From: Auanema rhodensis
Lineage: Eukaryota; Animalia; Nematoda
Direction of reading: 5' to 3'
Length of the DNA stretch: 64,000 nucleotides
Assembly (NCBI GenBank): GCA_964057225.1
Contig: CAXKVF010000072.1
Coordinates: 434,001-498,000, forward strand
The first letter of the stretch is position 1, and each line of letters opens with the position of its first letter. The notes under the pieces were generated by a model. That model searched no databases. It had not been told where the DNA came from and worked only from the letters and a program-made list of their open reading frames with translations. Made by a program: the position numbers and the translations under genes. Of the stretch, positions 42,880 to 57,841 are shown piece by piece.

Positions 42880-45343
42880 ATGGTTACCATGCACCAATAT
42901 CAATAAAAATTTGTTTTTAGACTAATATGGACATGGGGAATCTAATTTTGAAAACCGCATCTCTTTATCTTTCACGTGAAGCGAGTTACATACCAAGTGC
43001 ACATCACGTGTACATTTAATTAGCATAAATTAAAGTTCACGTAAATTTCAAAGTCATGGTTACCATGCACCAATATCAATAAAAATTTGTTTTTAGACTA
43101 ATATGGACATGGGGAATCTAATTTTGAAAACCGCATCTCTTTATCTTCCACGTGAAGCGAGTTACATACCAAGTGCACATCACGTGTACATTTAATTAGC
43201 ATAAATTAAAGTTCACGTAAATTTCAAAGTCATGGTTACCATGCACCAATATCAATAAAAATTTGTTTTTAGACTAATATGGACATGGGAAATCTAATTT
43301 TGAAAACCGCATCTCTTTATCTTTCACGTGAAGCGAGTTACATACCAAGTGCACATCACGTGTACATTTAATTAGCATAAATTAAAGTTCACGTAAATTT
43401 CAAAGTCATGGTTACCATGCACCAATATCAATAAAAATTTGTTTTTAGACTAATATGGACATGGGGAATCTAATTTTGAAAACCGCATCTCTTTATCTTT
43501 CACGTGAAGCGAGTTACATACCAAGTGCACATCACGTGTACATTTAATTAGCATAAATTAAAGTTCACGTAAATTTCAAAGTCATGGTTACCATGCACCA
43601 ATATCAATAAAAATTTGTTTTTAGACTAATATGGACATGGGAAATCTAATTTTGAAAACCGCATCTCTTTATCTTTCACGTGAAGCGAGTTACATACCAA
43701 GTGCACATCACGTGTACATTTAATTAGCATAAATTAAAGTTCACGTAAATTTCAAAGTCATGGTTACCATGCACCAATATCAATAAAAATTTGTTTTTAG
43801 ACTAATATGGACATGGGGAATCTAATTTTGAAAACCGCATCTCTTTATCTTTCACGTGAAGCGAGTTACATACCAAGTGCACATCACGTGTACATTTAAT
43901 TAGCATAAATTAAAGTTCACGTAAATTTCAAAGTCATGGTTACCATGCACCAATATCAATAAAAATTTGTTTTTAGACTAATATGGACATGGGGAATCTA
44001 ATTTTGAAAACCGCATCTCTTTATCTTCCACGTGAAGCGAGTTACATACCAAGTGCACATCACGTGTACATTTAATTAGCATAAATTAAAGTTCACGTAA
44101 ATTTCAAAGTCATGGTTACCATGCACCAATATCAATAAAAATTTGTTTTTAGACTAATATGGACATGGGAAATCTAATTTTGAAAACCGCATCTCTTTAT
44201 CTTTCACGTGAAGCGAGTTACATACCAAGTGCACATCACGTGTACATTTAATTAGCATAAATTAAAGTTCACGTAAATTTCAAAGTCATGGTTACCATGC
44301 ACCAATATCAATAAAAATTTGTTTTTAGACTAATATGGACATGGGGAATCTAATTTTGAAAACCGCATCTCTTTATCTTTCACGTGAAGCGAGTTACATA
44401 CCAAGTGCACATCACGTGTACATTTAATTAGCATAAATTAAAGTTCACGTAAATTTCAAAGTCATGGTTACCATGCACCAATATCAATAAAAATTTGTTT
44501 TTAGACTAATATGGACATGGGAAATCTAATTTTGAAAACCGCATCTCTTTATCTTTCACGTGAAGCGAGTTACATACCAAGTGCACATCACGTGTACATT
44601 TAATTAGCATAAATTAAAGTTCACGTAAATTTCAAAGTCATGGTTACCATGCACCAATATCAATAAAAATTTGTTTTTAGACTAATATGGACATGGGGAA
44701 TCTAATTTTGAAAACCGCATCTCTTTATCTTTCACGTGAAGCGAGTTACATACCAAGTGCACATCACGTGTACATTTAATTAGCATAAATTAAAGTTCAC
44801 GTAAATTTCAAAGTCATGGTTACCATGCACCAATATCAATAAAAATTTGTTTTTAGACTAATATGGACATGGGGAATCTAATTTTGAAAACCGCATCTCT
44901 TTATCTTCCACGTGAAGCGAGTTACATACCAAGTGCACATCACGTGTACATTTAATTAGCATAAATTAAAGTTCACGTAAATTTCAAAGTCATGGTTACC
45001 ATGCACCAATATCAATAAAAATTTGTTTTTAGACTAATATGGACATGGGAAATCTAATTTTGAAAACCGCATCTCTTTATCTTTCACGTGAAGCGAGTTA
45101 CATACCAAGTGCACATCACGTGTACATTTAATTAGCATAAATTAAAGTTCACGTAAATTTCAAAGTCATGGTTACCATGCACCAATATCAATAAAAATTT
45201 GTTTTTAGACTAATATGGACATGGGGAATCTAATTTTGAAAACCGCATCTCTTTATCTTTCACGTGAAGCGAGTTACATACCAAGTGCACATCACGTGTA
45301 CATTTAATTAGCATAAATTAAAGTTCACGTAAATTTCAAAGTC
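42880..45343. repeat. 5-monomer (880-bp) local higher-order repeat, about 2.8 copies
   Basis: The order consensus; C93; A59; consensus; A59 repeats from 42880 and 43760, and partially from 44640. Confidence 0.85.
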
Positions 45344-45871
45344 ATGGTTACCATGCACCAATATCAATAAAAATTTGTTTTTAGACTAATATGGACATGG
45401 GGAATCTAATTTTGAAAACCGCATCTCTTTATCTTCCACGTGAAGCGAGTTACATACCAAGTGCACATCACGTGTACATTTAATTAGCATAAATTAAAGT
45501 TCACGTAAATTTCAAAGTCATGGTTACCATGAACCAATATCAATAAAAATTTGTTTTTAGACTAATATGGACATGGGGAATCAAATTTTGAAAACCGCAT
45601 CTCTTTATCTTTCACGTGAAGCGAGTTACATACCAAGTGCACATAACGTGTACATTTAATTAGCATAAATTAAAGTTCACGTAAATTTCAAAGTCATGGT
45701 TACCATGAACCAATATCAATAAAAATTTGTTTTTAGACTAATATGGACATGGGGAATCTAATTTTGAAAACCGCATCTCTTTATCTTTCACGTGAAGCGA
45801 GTTACATACCAAGTGCACATCACGTGTACATTTAATTAGCATAAATTAAAGTTCACGTAAATTTCAAAGTC

Positions 45872-48800
45872 ATGGTTACCATGCACCAATATCAATAAAA
45901 ATTTGTTTTTAGACTAATATGGACATGGGGAATCTAATTTTGAAAACCGCATCTCTTTATATTTCACGTGAAGCGAGTTACATACCAAGTGCACATCACG
46001 TGTACATTTAATTAGCATAAATTAAAGTTCACGTAAATTTCAAAGTCATGGTTACCATGAACCAATATCAATAAAAATTTGTTTTTAGACTAATATGGAC
46101 ATGGGGAATCTAATTTTGAAAACCGCATCTCTTTATCTTTCACGTGAAGCGAGTTACATACCGAGTGCACATCACGTGTACATTTAATTAGCATAAATTA
46201 AAGTTCACGTAAATTTCAAAGTCATGGTTACCATGCACCAATATCAATAAAAATTTGTTTTTAGACTAATATGGACATGGGAAATCTAATTTTGAAAACC
46301 GCATCTCTTTATCTTCCACGTGAAGCGAGTTACATACCAAGTGCACATCACGTGTACATTTAATTAGCATAAATTAAAGTTCACGTAAATTTCAAAGTCA
46401 TGGTTACCATGAACCAATATTAATAAAAATTTGTTTTTAGACTAATATGTACATGGGGAATCTAATTTTGAAAACCGCATCTCTTTATCTTTCACGTGAA
46501 GCGAGTTACATACCAAGTGCACATCACGTGTACATTTAATTAGCATAAATTAAAGTTCACGTAAATTTCAAAGTCATGGTTACCATGCACCAATATCAAT
46601 AAAAATCTGTTTTTAGACTAATATGGACATGGGGAATCAAAATTTTGAAAACCGCATCTCTTTATCTTTCACGTGAAGCGAGTTACATACCAAGTGCACA
46701 TCACGTGTACATTTAATTAGCATAAATTAAAGTTCACGTAAATTTCAAAGTCATTGTTACCATGCACCAATATCAATAAAAATTTGTTTTTAGACTAATA
46801 TGGACATGGGGAATCTAATTTTGAAAACCGCATCTCTTTATCTTTCACGTGAAGCGAGTTACATATCAAGTGCACATCACGTGTACATTTAATTAGCATA
46901 AATTAAAGTTCACGTAAATTTCAAAGTCATGGTTACCATTAACCAATATCAATAAAAATTTGTTTTTAGACTAATATGGACATGGGGAATCTAATTTTGA
47001 AAACCGCATCTCTTTATCTTTCACGTGAAGCGAGTTACATACCAAGTGCACATCACGTGTACATTTAATTAGCATAAATTAAAGTTCACGTAAATTTCAA
47101 AGTCAAGGTTACCATGCACCAATATCAATAAAAATTTGTTTTTAGACTAATATGGACATGGGGAATCTAATTTTGAAAACCGCATCTCTTTATCTTTCAC
47201 GTGAAGCGAGTTACATACCAAGTGCACATCACGTGTACATTTAATTAGCATAAATTAAAGTTCACGTAAATTTCAAAGTCATGGTTACCATGCACCAATA
47301 TCAATAAAAATTTGTTTTTAGACTAATATGGACATGGGGAATCTAATTTTGAAAACCGCATCTCTTTATCTTTCACGTGAAGCGAGTTACATATCAAGTG
47401 CACATCACGTGTACATTTAATTAGCATAAATTAAAGTTCACGTAAATTTCAAAGTCATGGTTACCATGAACCAATATCAATAAAAATTTGTTTTTAGACT
47501 AATATGGACATGGGGAATCTAATTTTGAAAACCGCATCTCTTTATCTTCCACGTGAAGCGAGTTACATACCAAGTGCACATCACGTGTACATTTAATTAG
47601 CATAAATTAAAGTTCACGTAAATTTCAAAGTCATGGTTACCATGAACCAATATCAATAAAAATTTGTTTTTAGACTAATATGGACATGGGGAATCAAATT
47701 TTGAAAACCGCATCTCTTTATCTTTCACGTGAAGCGAGTTACATACCAAGTGCACATCACGTGTACATTTAATTAGCATAAATTAAAGTTCACGTAAATT
47801 TCAAAGTCATGGTTACCATGAACCAATATCAATAAAAATTTGTTTTTAGACTAATATGGACATGGGGAATCTAATTTTGAAAACCGCATCTCTTTATCTT
47901 TCACGTGAAGCGAGTTACATACCAAGTGCACATCACGTGTACATTTAATTAGCATAAATTAAAGTTCACGTAAATTTCAAAGTCATGGTTACCATTAACC
48001 AATATCAATAAAAATTTGTTTTTAGACTAATATGGACATGGGGAATCTAATTTTGAAAACCGCATCTCTTTATCTTTCACGTGAAGCGAGTTACATACCA
48101 AGTGCACATCACGTGTACATTTAATTAGCATAAATTAAAGTTCACGTAAATTTCAAAGTCATGGTTACCATGCACCAATATCAATAAAAATTTGTTTTTA
48201 GACTAATATGGACATGGGGAATCTAATTTTGAAAACCGCATCTCTTTATCTTTCACGTGAAGCGAGTTACATACCAAGTGCACATCACGTGTACATTTAA
48301 TTAGCATAAATTAAAGTTCACGTAAATTTCAAAGTCATGGTTACCATGCACCAATATCAATAAAAATTTGTTTTTAGACTAATATGGACATGGGGAATCT
48401 AATTTTGAAAACCGCATCTCTTTATCTTTCACGTGAAGCGAGTTACATATCAAGTGCACATCACGTGTACATTTAATTAGCATAAATTAAAGTTCACGTA
48501 AATTTCAAAGTCATGGTTACCATGAACCAATATCAATAAAAATTTGTTTTTAGACTAATATGGACATGGGGAATCTAATTTTGAAAACCGCATCTCTTTA
48601 TCTTCCACGTGAAGCGAGTTACATACCAAGTGCACATCACGTGTACATTTAATTAGCATAAATTAAAGTTCACGTAAATTTCAAAGTCATGGTTACCATG
48701 AACCAATATCAATAAAAATTTGTTTTTAGACTAATATGGACATGGGGAATCAAATTTTGAAAACCGCATCTCTTTATCTTTCACGTGAAGCGAGTTACAT

Positions 48801-51800
48801 ACCAAGTGCACATCACGTGTACATTTAATTAGCATAAATTAAAGTTCACGTAAATTTCAAAGTCATGGTTACCATGAACCAATATCAATAAAAATTTGTT
48901 TTTAGACTAATATGGACATGGGGAATCTAATTTTGAAAACCGCATCTCTTTATCTTTCACGTGAAGCGAGTTACATACCAAGTGCACATCACGTGTACAT
49001 TTAATTAGCATAAATTAAAGTTCACGTAAATTTCAAAGTCATGGTTACCATGAACCAATATCAATAAAAATTTGTTTTTAGACTAATATGGACATGGGGA
49101 ATCTAATTTTGAAAACCGCATCTCTTTATCTTTCACGTGAAGCGAGTTACATACCAAGTGCACATCACGTGTACATTTAATTAGCATAAATTAAAGTTCA
49201 CGTAAATTTCAAAGTCATGGTTACCATGCACCAATATCAATAAAAATTTGTTTTTAGACTAATATGGACATGGGGAATCTAATTTTGAAAACCGCATCTC
49301 TTTATCTTCCACGTGAAGCGAGTTACATACCAAGTGCACATCACGTGTACATTTAATTAGCATAAATTAAAGTTCACGTAAATTTCAAAGTCATGGTTAC
49401 CATGAACCAATATCAATAAAAATTTGTTTTTAAACTAATATGGACATGGGGAATCTAATTTTGAAAACCGCATCTCTTTATCTTCCACGTGAAGCGAGTT
49501 ACATACCAAGTGCACATCACGTGTACATTTAATTAGCATAAATTAAAGTTCACGTAAATTTCAAAGTCATGGTTACCATGAACCAATATCAATAAAAATT
49601 TGTTTTTAGACTAATATGGACATGGGGAATCAAATTTTGAAAACCGCATCTCTTTATCTTTCACGTGAAGCGAGTTACATACCAAGTGCACATCACGTGT
49701 ACATTTAATTAGCATAAATTAAAGTTCACGTAAATTTCAAAGTCATGGTTACCATGAACCAATATCAATAAAAATTTGTTTTTAGACTAATATGGACATG
49801 GGGAATCTAATTTTGAAAACCGCATCACTTTATCTTTCACGTGAAGCGAGTTACATACCAAGTGCACATCACGTGTACATTTAATTAGCATAAATTAAAG
49901 TTCACGTAAATTTCAAAGTCATGGTTACCATGCACCAATATCAATAAAAATTTGTTTTTAGACTAATATGGACATGGGGAATCTAATTTTGAAAACCGCA
50001 TCTCTTTATCTTTCACGTGAAGCGAGTTACATACCAAGTGCACATCACGTGTACATTTAATTAGCATAAATTAAAGTTCACGTAAATTTCAAAGTCATGG
50101 TTACCATGAACCAATATCAATAAAAATTTGTTTTTAGACTAATATGGACATGGGGAATCTAATTTTGAAAACCGCATCACTTTATCTTTCACGTGAAGCG
50201 AGTTACATACCAAGTGCACATCACGTGTACATTTAATTAGCATAAATTAAAGTTCACGTAAATTTCAAAGTCATGGTTACCATGCACCAATATCAATAAA
50301 AATTTGTTTTTAGACTAATATGGACATGGGGAATCTAATTTTGAAAACCGCATCTCTTTATATTTCACGTGAAGCGAGTTACATACCAAGTGCACATCAC
50401 GTGTACATTTAATTAGCATAAATTAAAGTTCACGTAAATTTCAAAGTCATGGTTACCATGAACCAATATCAATAAAAATTTGTTTTTAGACTAATATGGA
50501 CATGGGGAATCTAATTTTGAAAACCGCATCTCTTTATCTTTCACGTGAAGCGAGTTACATACCAAGTGCCCATCACGTGTACATTCAATTAGCATAAATT
50601 AAAGTTCACGTAAATTTCAAAGTCATGGTTACCATGCACCAATATCAATAAAAATTTGTTTTTAGACTAATATGGACATGGGGAATCTAATTTTGAAAAC
50701 CGCATCTCTTTATCTTTCACGTGAAGCGAGTTACATACCAAGTGCACATCACGTGTACATTTAATTAGCATAAATTAAAGTTCACGTAAATTTCAAAGTC
50801 ATGGTTACCATGAACCAATATCAATAAAAATTTGTTTTTAGACTAATATGTACATGGGGAATCTAATTTTGAAAACCGCATCTCTTTATCTTTCACGTGA
50901 AGCGAGTTACATACCAAGTGCACATCACGTGTACAATTAATTAGCATAAATTAAAGTTCACGTAAATTTCAAAGTCATGGTTACCATGAACCAATATCAA
51001 TAAAAATTTGTTTTTAGACTAATATGGACATGGGGAATCTAATTTTGAAAACCGCATTTCTTTATCTTTCACGTGAAGCGAGTTACATACCAAGTGCACA
51101 TCACGTGTACATTTAATTAGCATAAATTAAAGTTCACGTAAATTTCAAAGTCATGGTTACCATGAACCAATATCAATAAAAATTTGTTTTTAGACTAATA
51201 TGGACATGGGGAATCAAATTTTGAAAACCGCATCTCTTTATCTTTCACGTGAAGCGAGTTACATACTAAGTGCACATCACGTGTACATTTAATTAGCATA
51301 AATTAAAGTTCACGTAAATTTCAAAGTCATGGTTACCATGAACCAATATCAATAAAAATTTGTTTTTAGACTAATATGGACATGGGGAATCTAATTTTGA
51401 AAACCGCATCACTTTATCTTTCACGTGAAGCGAGTTACATACCAAGTGCACATCACGTGTTCATTTAATTAGCATAAATTAAAGTTCACGTAAATTTCAA
51501 AGTCATGGTTACCATGCACCAATATCAATAAAAATTTGTTTTTAGACTAATATGGACATGGGGAATCTAATGTTGAAAACCGCATCTTTTTATCTTTCAC
51601 GTGAAGCGAGTTACATACCAAGTGCACATCACGTGTACATTTAATTAGCATAAATTAAAGTTCACGTAAATTTCAAAGTCATGGTTACCATGAACCAATA
51701 TCAATAAAAATTTGTTTTTACACTAATATGGACATGGGGAATCTAATTTTGAAAACCGCATCTCTTTATCTTCCACGTGAAGCGAGTTACATACCAAGTG

Positions 51801-54800
51801 CACATCACGTGTACATTTAATTAGCATAAATTAAAGTTCACGTAAATTTCAAAGTCATGGTTACCATGAACCAATATCAATAAAAATTTGTTTTTAGACT
51901 AATATGGACATGGGGAATCTAATTTTGAAAACCGCATTTCTTTATCTTTCACGTGAAGCGAGTTACATACCAAGTGCACATCACGTGTACATTTAATTAG
52001 CATAAATTAAAGTTCACGTAAATTTCAAAGTCATGGTTACCATGAACCAATATCAATAAAAATTTGTTTTTAGACTAATATGGACATGGGGAATCAAATT
52101 TTGAAAACCGCATCTCTTTATCTTTCACGTGAAGCGAGTTACATACCAAGTGCACATCACGTGTACATTTAATTAGCATAAATTAAAGTTCACGTAAATT
52201 TCAAAGTCATGGTTACCATGAACCAATATCAATAAAAATTTGTTTTTAGACTAATATGGACATGGGGAATCTAATTTTGAAAACCGCATCACTTTATCTT
52301 TCACGTGAAGCGAGTTACATACCAAGTGCACATCACGTGTACATTTAATTAGCATAAATTAAAGTTCACGTAAATTTCAAAGTCATGGTTACCATGCACC
52401 AATATCAATAAAAATTTGTTTTTAGACTAATATGGACATGGGGAATCTAATGTTGAAAACCGAATCTCTTTATCTTCCACGTGAAGCGAGTTACATACCA
52501 AGTGCACATCACGTGTACATTTAATTAGCATAAATTAAAGTTCACGTAAATTTCAAAGTCATGGTTACCATGCACCAATATCAATAAAAATTTGTTTTTA
52601 GACTAATATGGACATGGGGAATCTAATTTTGAAAACCGCATCTCTTTATATTTCACGTGAAGCGAGTTACATACCAAGTGCACATCACGTGTACATTTAA
52701 TTAGCATAAATTAAAGTTCACGTAAATTTCAAAGTCATGGTTACCATGAACCAATATCAATAAAAATTTGTTTTTAGACTAATATGGACATGGGGAATCT
52801 AATTTTGAAAACCGCATCTCTTTATCTTTCACGTGAAGCGAGTTACATACCGAGTGCACATCACGTGTACATTTAATTAGCATAAATTAAAGTTCACGTA
52901 AATTTCAAAGTCATGGTTACCATGCACCAATATCAATAAAAAATTGTTTTTAGACTAATATGGACATGGGAAATCTAATTTTGAAAACCGCATCTCTTTA
53001 TCTTCCACGTGAAGCGAGTTACATACCAAGTGCACATCACGTGTACATTTAATTAGCATAAATTAAAGTTCACGTAAATTTCAAAGTCATGGTTACCATG
53101 AACCAATATTAATAAAAATTTGTTTTTAGACTAATATGTACATGGGGAATCTAATTTTGAAAACCGCATCTCTTTATCTTTCACGTGAAGCGAGTTACAT
53201 ACCAAGTGCACATCACGTGTACATTTAATTAGCATAAATTAAAGTTCACGTAAATTTCAAAGTCATGGTTACCATGCACCAATATCAATAAAAATCTGTT
53301 TTTAGACTAATATGGACATGGGGAATCAAAATTTTGAAAACCGCATCTCTTTATCTTTCACGTGAAGCGAGTTACATACCAAGTGCACATCACGTGTACA
53401 TTTAATTAGCATAAATTAAAGTTCACGTAAATTTCAAAGTCATTGTTACCATGCACCAATATCAATAAAAATTTGTTTTTAGACTAATATGGACATGGGG
53501 AATCTAATTTTGAAAACCGCATCTCTTTATCTTTCACGTGAAGCGAGTTACATATCAAGTGCACATCACGTGTACATTTAATTAGCATAAATTAAAGTTC
53601 ACGTAAATTTCAAAGTCATGGTTACCATTAACCAATATCAATAAAAATTTGTTTTTAGACTAATATGGACATGGGGAATCTAATTTTGAAAACCGCATCT
53701 CTTTATCTTTCACGTGAAGCGAGTTACTAACCAAGTGCACATCACGTGTACATTTAATTAGCATAAATTAAAGTTCACGTAAATTTCAAAGTCATGGTTA
53801 CCATGCACCAATATCAATAAAAATTTGTTTTTAGACTAATATGGACATGGGGAATCTAATTTTGAAAACCGCATCTCTTTATCTTTCACGTGAAGCGAGT
53901 TACATACCAAGTGCACATCACGTGTACATTTAATTAGCATAAATTAAAGTTCACGTAAATTTCAAAGTCATGGTTACCATGCACCAATATCAATAAAAAT
54001 TTGTTTTTAGACTAATATGGACATGGGGAATCTAATTTTGAAAACCGCATCTCTTTATCTTTCACGTGAAGCGAGTTACATATCAAGTGCACATCACGTG
54101 TACATTTAATTAGCATAAATTAAAGTTCACGTAAATTTCAAAGTCATGGTTACCATGAACCAATATCAATAAAAATTTGTTTTTAGACTAATATGGACAT
54201 GGGGAATCAAATTTTGAAAACCGCATCTCTTTATCTTTCACGTGAAGCGAGTTACATACCAAGTGCACATCACGTGTACATTTAATTAGCATAAATTAAA
54301 GTTCACGTAAATTTCAAAGTCATGGTTACCATGAACCAATATCAATAAAAATTTGTTTTTAGACTAATATGGACATGGGGAATCTAATTTTGAAAACCGC
54401 ATCTCTTTATCTTTCACGTGAAGCGAGTTACATACCAAGTGCACATCACGTGTACATTTAATTAGCATAAATTAAAGTTCACGTAAATTTCAAAGTCATG
54501 GTTACCATGAACCAATATCAATAAAAATTTGTTTTTAGACTAATATGGACATGGGGAATCTAATTTTGAAAACCGCATCTCTTTATCTTTCACGTGAAGC
54601 GAGTTACATACCAAGTGCACATCACGTGTACATTTAATTAGCATAAATTAAAGTTCACGTAAATTTCAAAGTCATGGTTACCATGCACCAATATCAATAA
54701 AAATTTGTTTTTAGACTAATATGGACATGGGGAATCTAATTTTGAAAACCGCATCTCTTTATCTTCCACGTGAAGCGAGTTACATACCAAGTGCACATCA

Positions 54801-57800
54801 CGTGTACATTTAATTAGCATAAATTAAAGTTCACGTAAATTTCAAAGTCATGGTTACCATGAACCAATATCAATAAAAATTTGTTTTTAAACTAATATGG
54901 ACATGGGGAATCTAATTTTGAAAACCGCATCTCTTTATCTTTCACGTGAAGCGAGTTACTAACCAAGTGCACATCACGTGTACATTTAATTAGCATAAAT
55001 TAAAGTTCACGTAAATTTCAAAGTCATGGTTACCATGCACCAATATCAATAAAAATTTGTTTTTAGACTAATATGGACATGGGGAATCTAATTTTGAAAA
55101 CCGCATCTCTTTATCTTCCACGTGAAGCGAGTTACATACCAAGTGCACATCACGTGTACATTTAATTAGCATAAATTAAAGTTCACGTAAATTTCAAAGT
55201 CATGGTTACCATGAACCAATATCAATAAAAATTTGTTTTTAAACTAATATGGACATGGGGAATCTAATTTTGAAAACCGCATCTCTTTATCTTCCACGTG
55301 AAGCGAGTTACATACCAAGTGCACATCACGTGTACATTTAATTAGCATAAATTAAAGTTCACGTAAATTTCAAAGTCATGGTTACCATGAACCAATATCA
55401 ATAAAAATTTGTTTTTAGACTAATATGGACATGGGGAATCAAATTTTGAAAACCGCATCTCTTTATCTTTCACGTGAAGCGAGTTACATACCAAGTGCAC
55501 ATCACGTGTACATTTAATTAGCATAAATTAAAGTTCACGTAAATTTCAAAGTCATGGTTACCATGAACCAATATCAATAAAAATTTGTTTTTAGACTAAT
55601 ATGGACATGGGGAATCTAATTTTGAAAACCGCATCACTTTATCTTTCACGTGAAGCGAGTTACATACCAAGTGCACATCACGTGTACATTTAATTAGCAT
55701 AAATTAAAGTTCACGTAAATTTCAAAGTCATGGTTACCATGCACCAATATCAATAAAAATTTGTTTTTAGACTAATATGGACATGGGGAATCTAATTTTG
55801 AAAACCGCATCTCTTTATATTTCACGTGAAGCGAGTTCCATACCAAGTGCACATCACATGTACATTTAATTAGCATAAATTAAAGTTCACGTAAATTTCA
55901 AAGTCATGGTTACCATGAACCAATATCAATAAAAATTTGTTTTTAGACTAATATGGACATGGGGAATCTAATTTTGAAAACCGCATCTCTTTATCTTTCA
56001 CGTGAAGCGAGTTACATACCAAGTGCACATCACGTGTACATTTAATTAGCATAAATTAAAGTTCACGTAAATTTCAAAGTCATGGTTACCATGCACCAAT
56101 ATCAATAAAAATTTGTTTTTAGACTAATATGGACATGGGGAATCTAATTTTGAAAACCGCATCTCTTTATCTTTCACGTGAAGCGAGTTACATACCAAGT
56201 GCACATCACGTGTACATTTAATTAGCATAAATTAAAGTTCACGTAAATTTCAAAGTCATGGTTACCATGAACCAATATCAATAAAAATTTGTTTTTAGAC
56301 TAATATGTACATGGGGAATCTAATTTTGAAAACCGCATCTCTTTATCTTTCACGTGAAGCGAGTTACATACCAAGTGCACATCACGTGTACAATTAATTA
56401 GCATAAATTAAAGTTCACGTAAATTTCAAAGTCATGGTTACCATGAACCAATATCAATAAAAATTTGTTTTTAGACTAATATGGACATGGGGAATCTAAT
56501 TTTGAAAACCGCATTTCTTTATCTTTCACGTGAAGCGAGTTACATACCAAGTGCACATCACGTGTACATTTAATTAGCATAAATTAAAGTTCACGTAAAT
56601 TTCAAAGTCATGGTTACCATGAACCAATATCAATAAAAATTTGTTTTTAGACTAATATGGACATGGGGAATCAAATTTTGAAAACCGCATCTCTTTATCT
56701 TTCACGTGAAGCGAGTTACATACCAAGTGCACATCACGTGTACATTTAATTAGCATAAATTAAAGTTCACGTAAATTTCAAAGTCATGGTTACCATGAAC
56801 CAATATCAATAAAAATTTGTTTTTAGACTAATATGGACATGGGGAATCTAATTTTGAAAACCGCATCACTTTATCTTTCACGTGAAGCGAGTTACATACC
56901 AAGTGCACATCACGTGTTCATTTAATTAGCATAAATTAAAGTTCACGTAAATTTCAAAGTCATGGTTACCATGCACCAATATCAATAAAAATTTGTTTTT
57001 AGACTAATATGGACATGGGGAATCTAATGTTGAAAACCGCATCTTTTTATCTTTCACGTGAAGCGAGTTACATACCAAGTGCACATCACGTGTACATTTA
57101 ATTAGCATAAATTAAAGTTCACGTAAATTTCAAAGTCATGGTTACCATGAACCAATATCAATAAAAATTTGTTTTTACACTAATATGGACATGGGGAATC
57201 TAATTTTGAAAACCGCATCTCTTTATCTTCCACGTGAAGCGAGTTACATACCAAGTGCACATCACGTGTACATTTAATTAGCATAAATTAAAGTTCACGT
57301 AAATTTCAAAGTCATGGTTACCATGAACCAATATCAATAAAAATTTGTTTTTAGACTAATATGGACATGGGGAATCTAATTTTGAAAACCGCATTTCTTT
57401 ATCTTTCACGTGAAGCGAGTTACATACCAAGTGCACATCACGTGTACATTTAATTAGCATAAATTGAAGTTCACGTAAATTTCAAAGTCATGGTTACCAT
57501 GAACCAATATCAATAAAAATTTGTTTTTAGACTAATATGGACATGGGGAATCAAATTTTGAAAACCGCATCTCTTTATCTTTCACGTGAAGCGAGTTACA
57601 TACCAAGTGCACATCACGTGTACATTTAATTAGCATAAATTAAAGTTCACGTAAATTTCAAAGTCATGGTTACCATGAACCAATATCAATAAAAATTTGT
57701 TTTTAGACTAATATGGACATGGGGAATCTAATTTTGAAAACCGCATCACTTTATCTTTCACGTGAAGCGAGTTACATACCAAGTGCACATCACGTGTACA

Positions 57801-57841
57801 TTTAATTAGCATAAATTAAAGTTCACGTAAATTTCAAAGTC
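45872..57841. repeat. ~38-monomer block duplication with internal gains and losses
   Basis: The 177-bp GAATCAAAATTTT monomer followed by CATTGTTACC occurs at 46576/46753 and 53265/53442 (offset 6689 = 38x176+1). Later markers (GTACAATTAA, TTTACACTAA) recur at offset 5457. The first copy contains an internal 6-mer duplication (46929-49040). Confidence 0.75.
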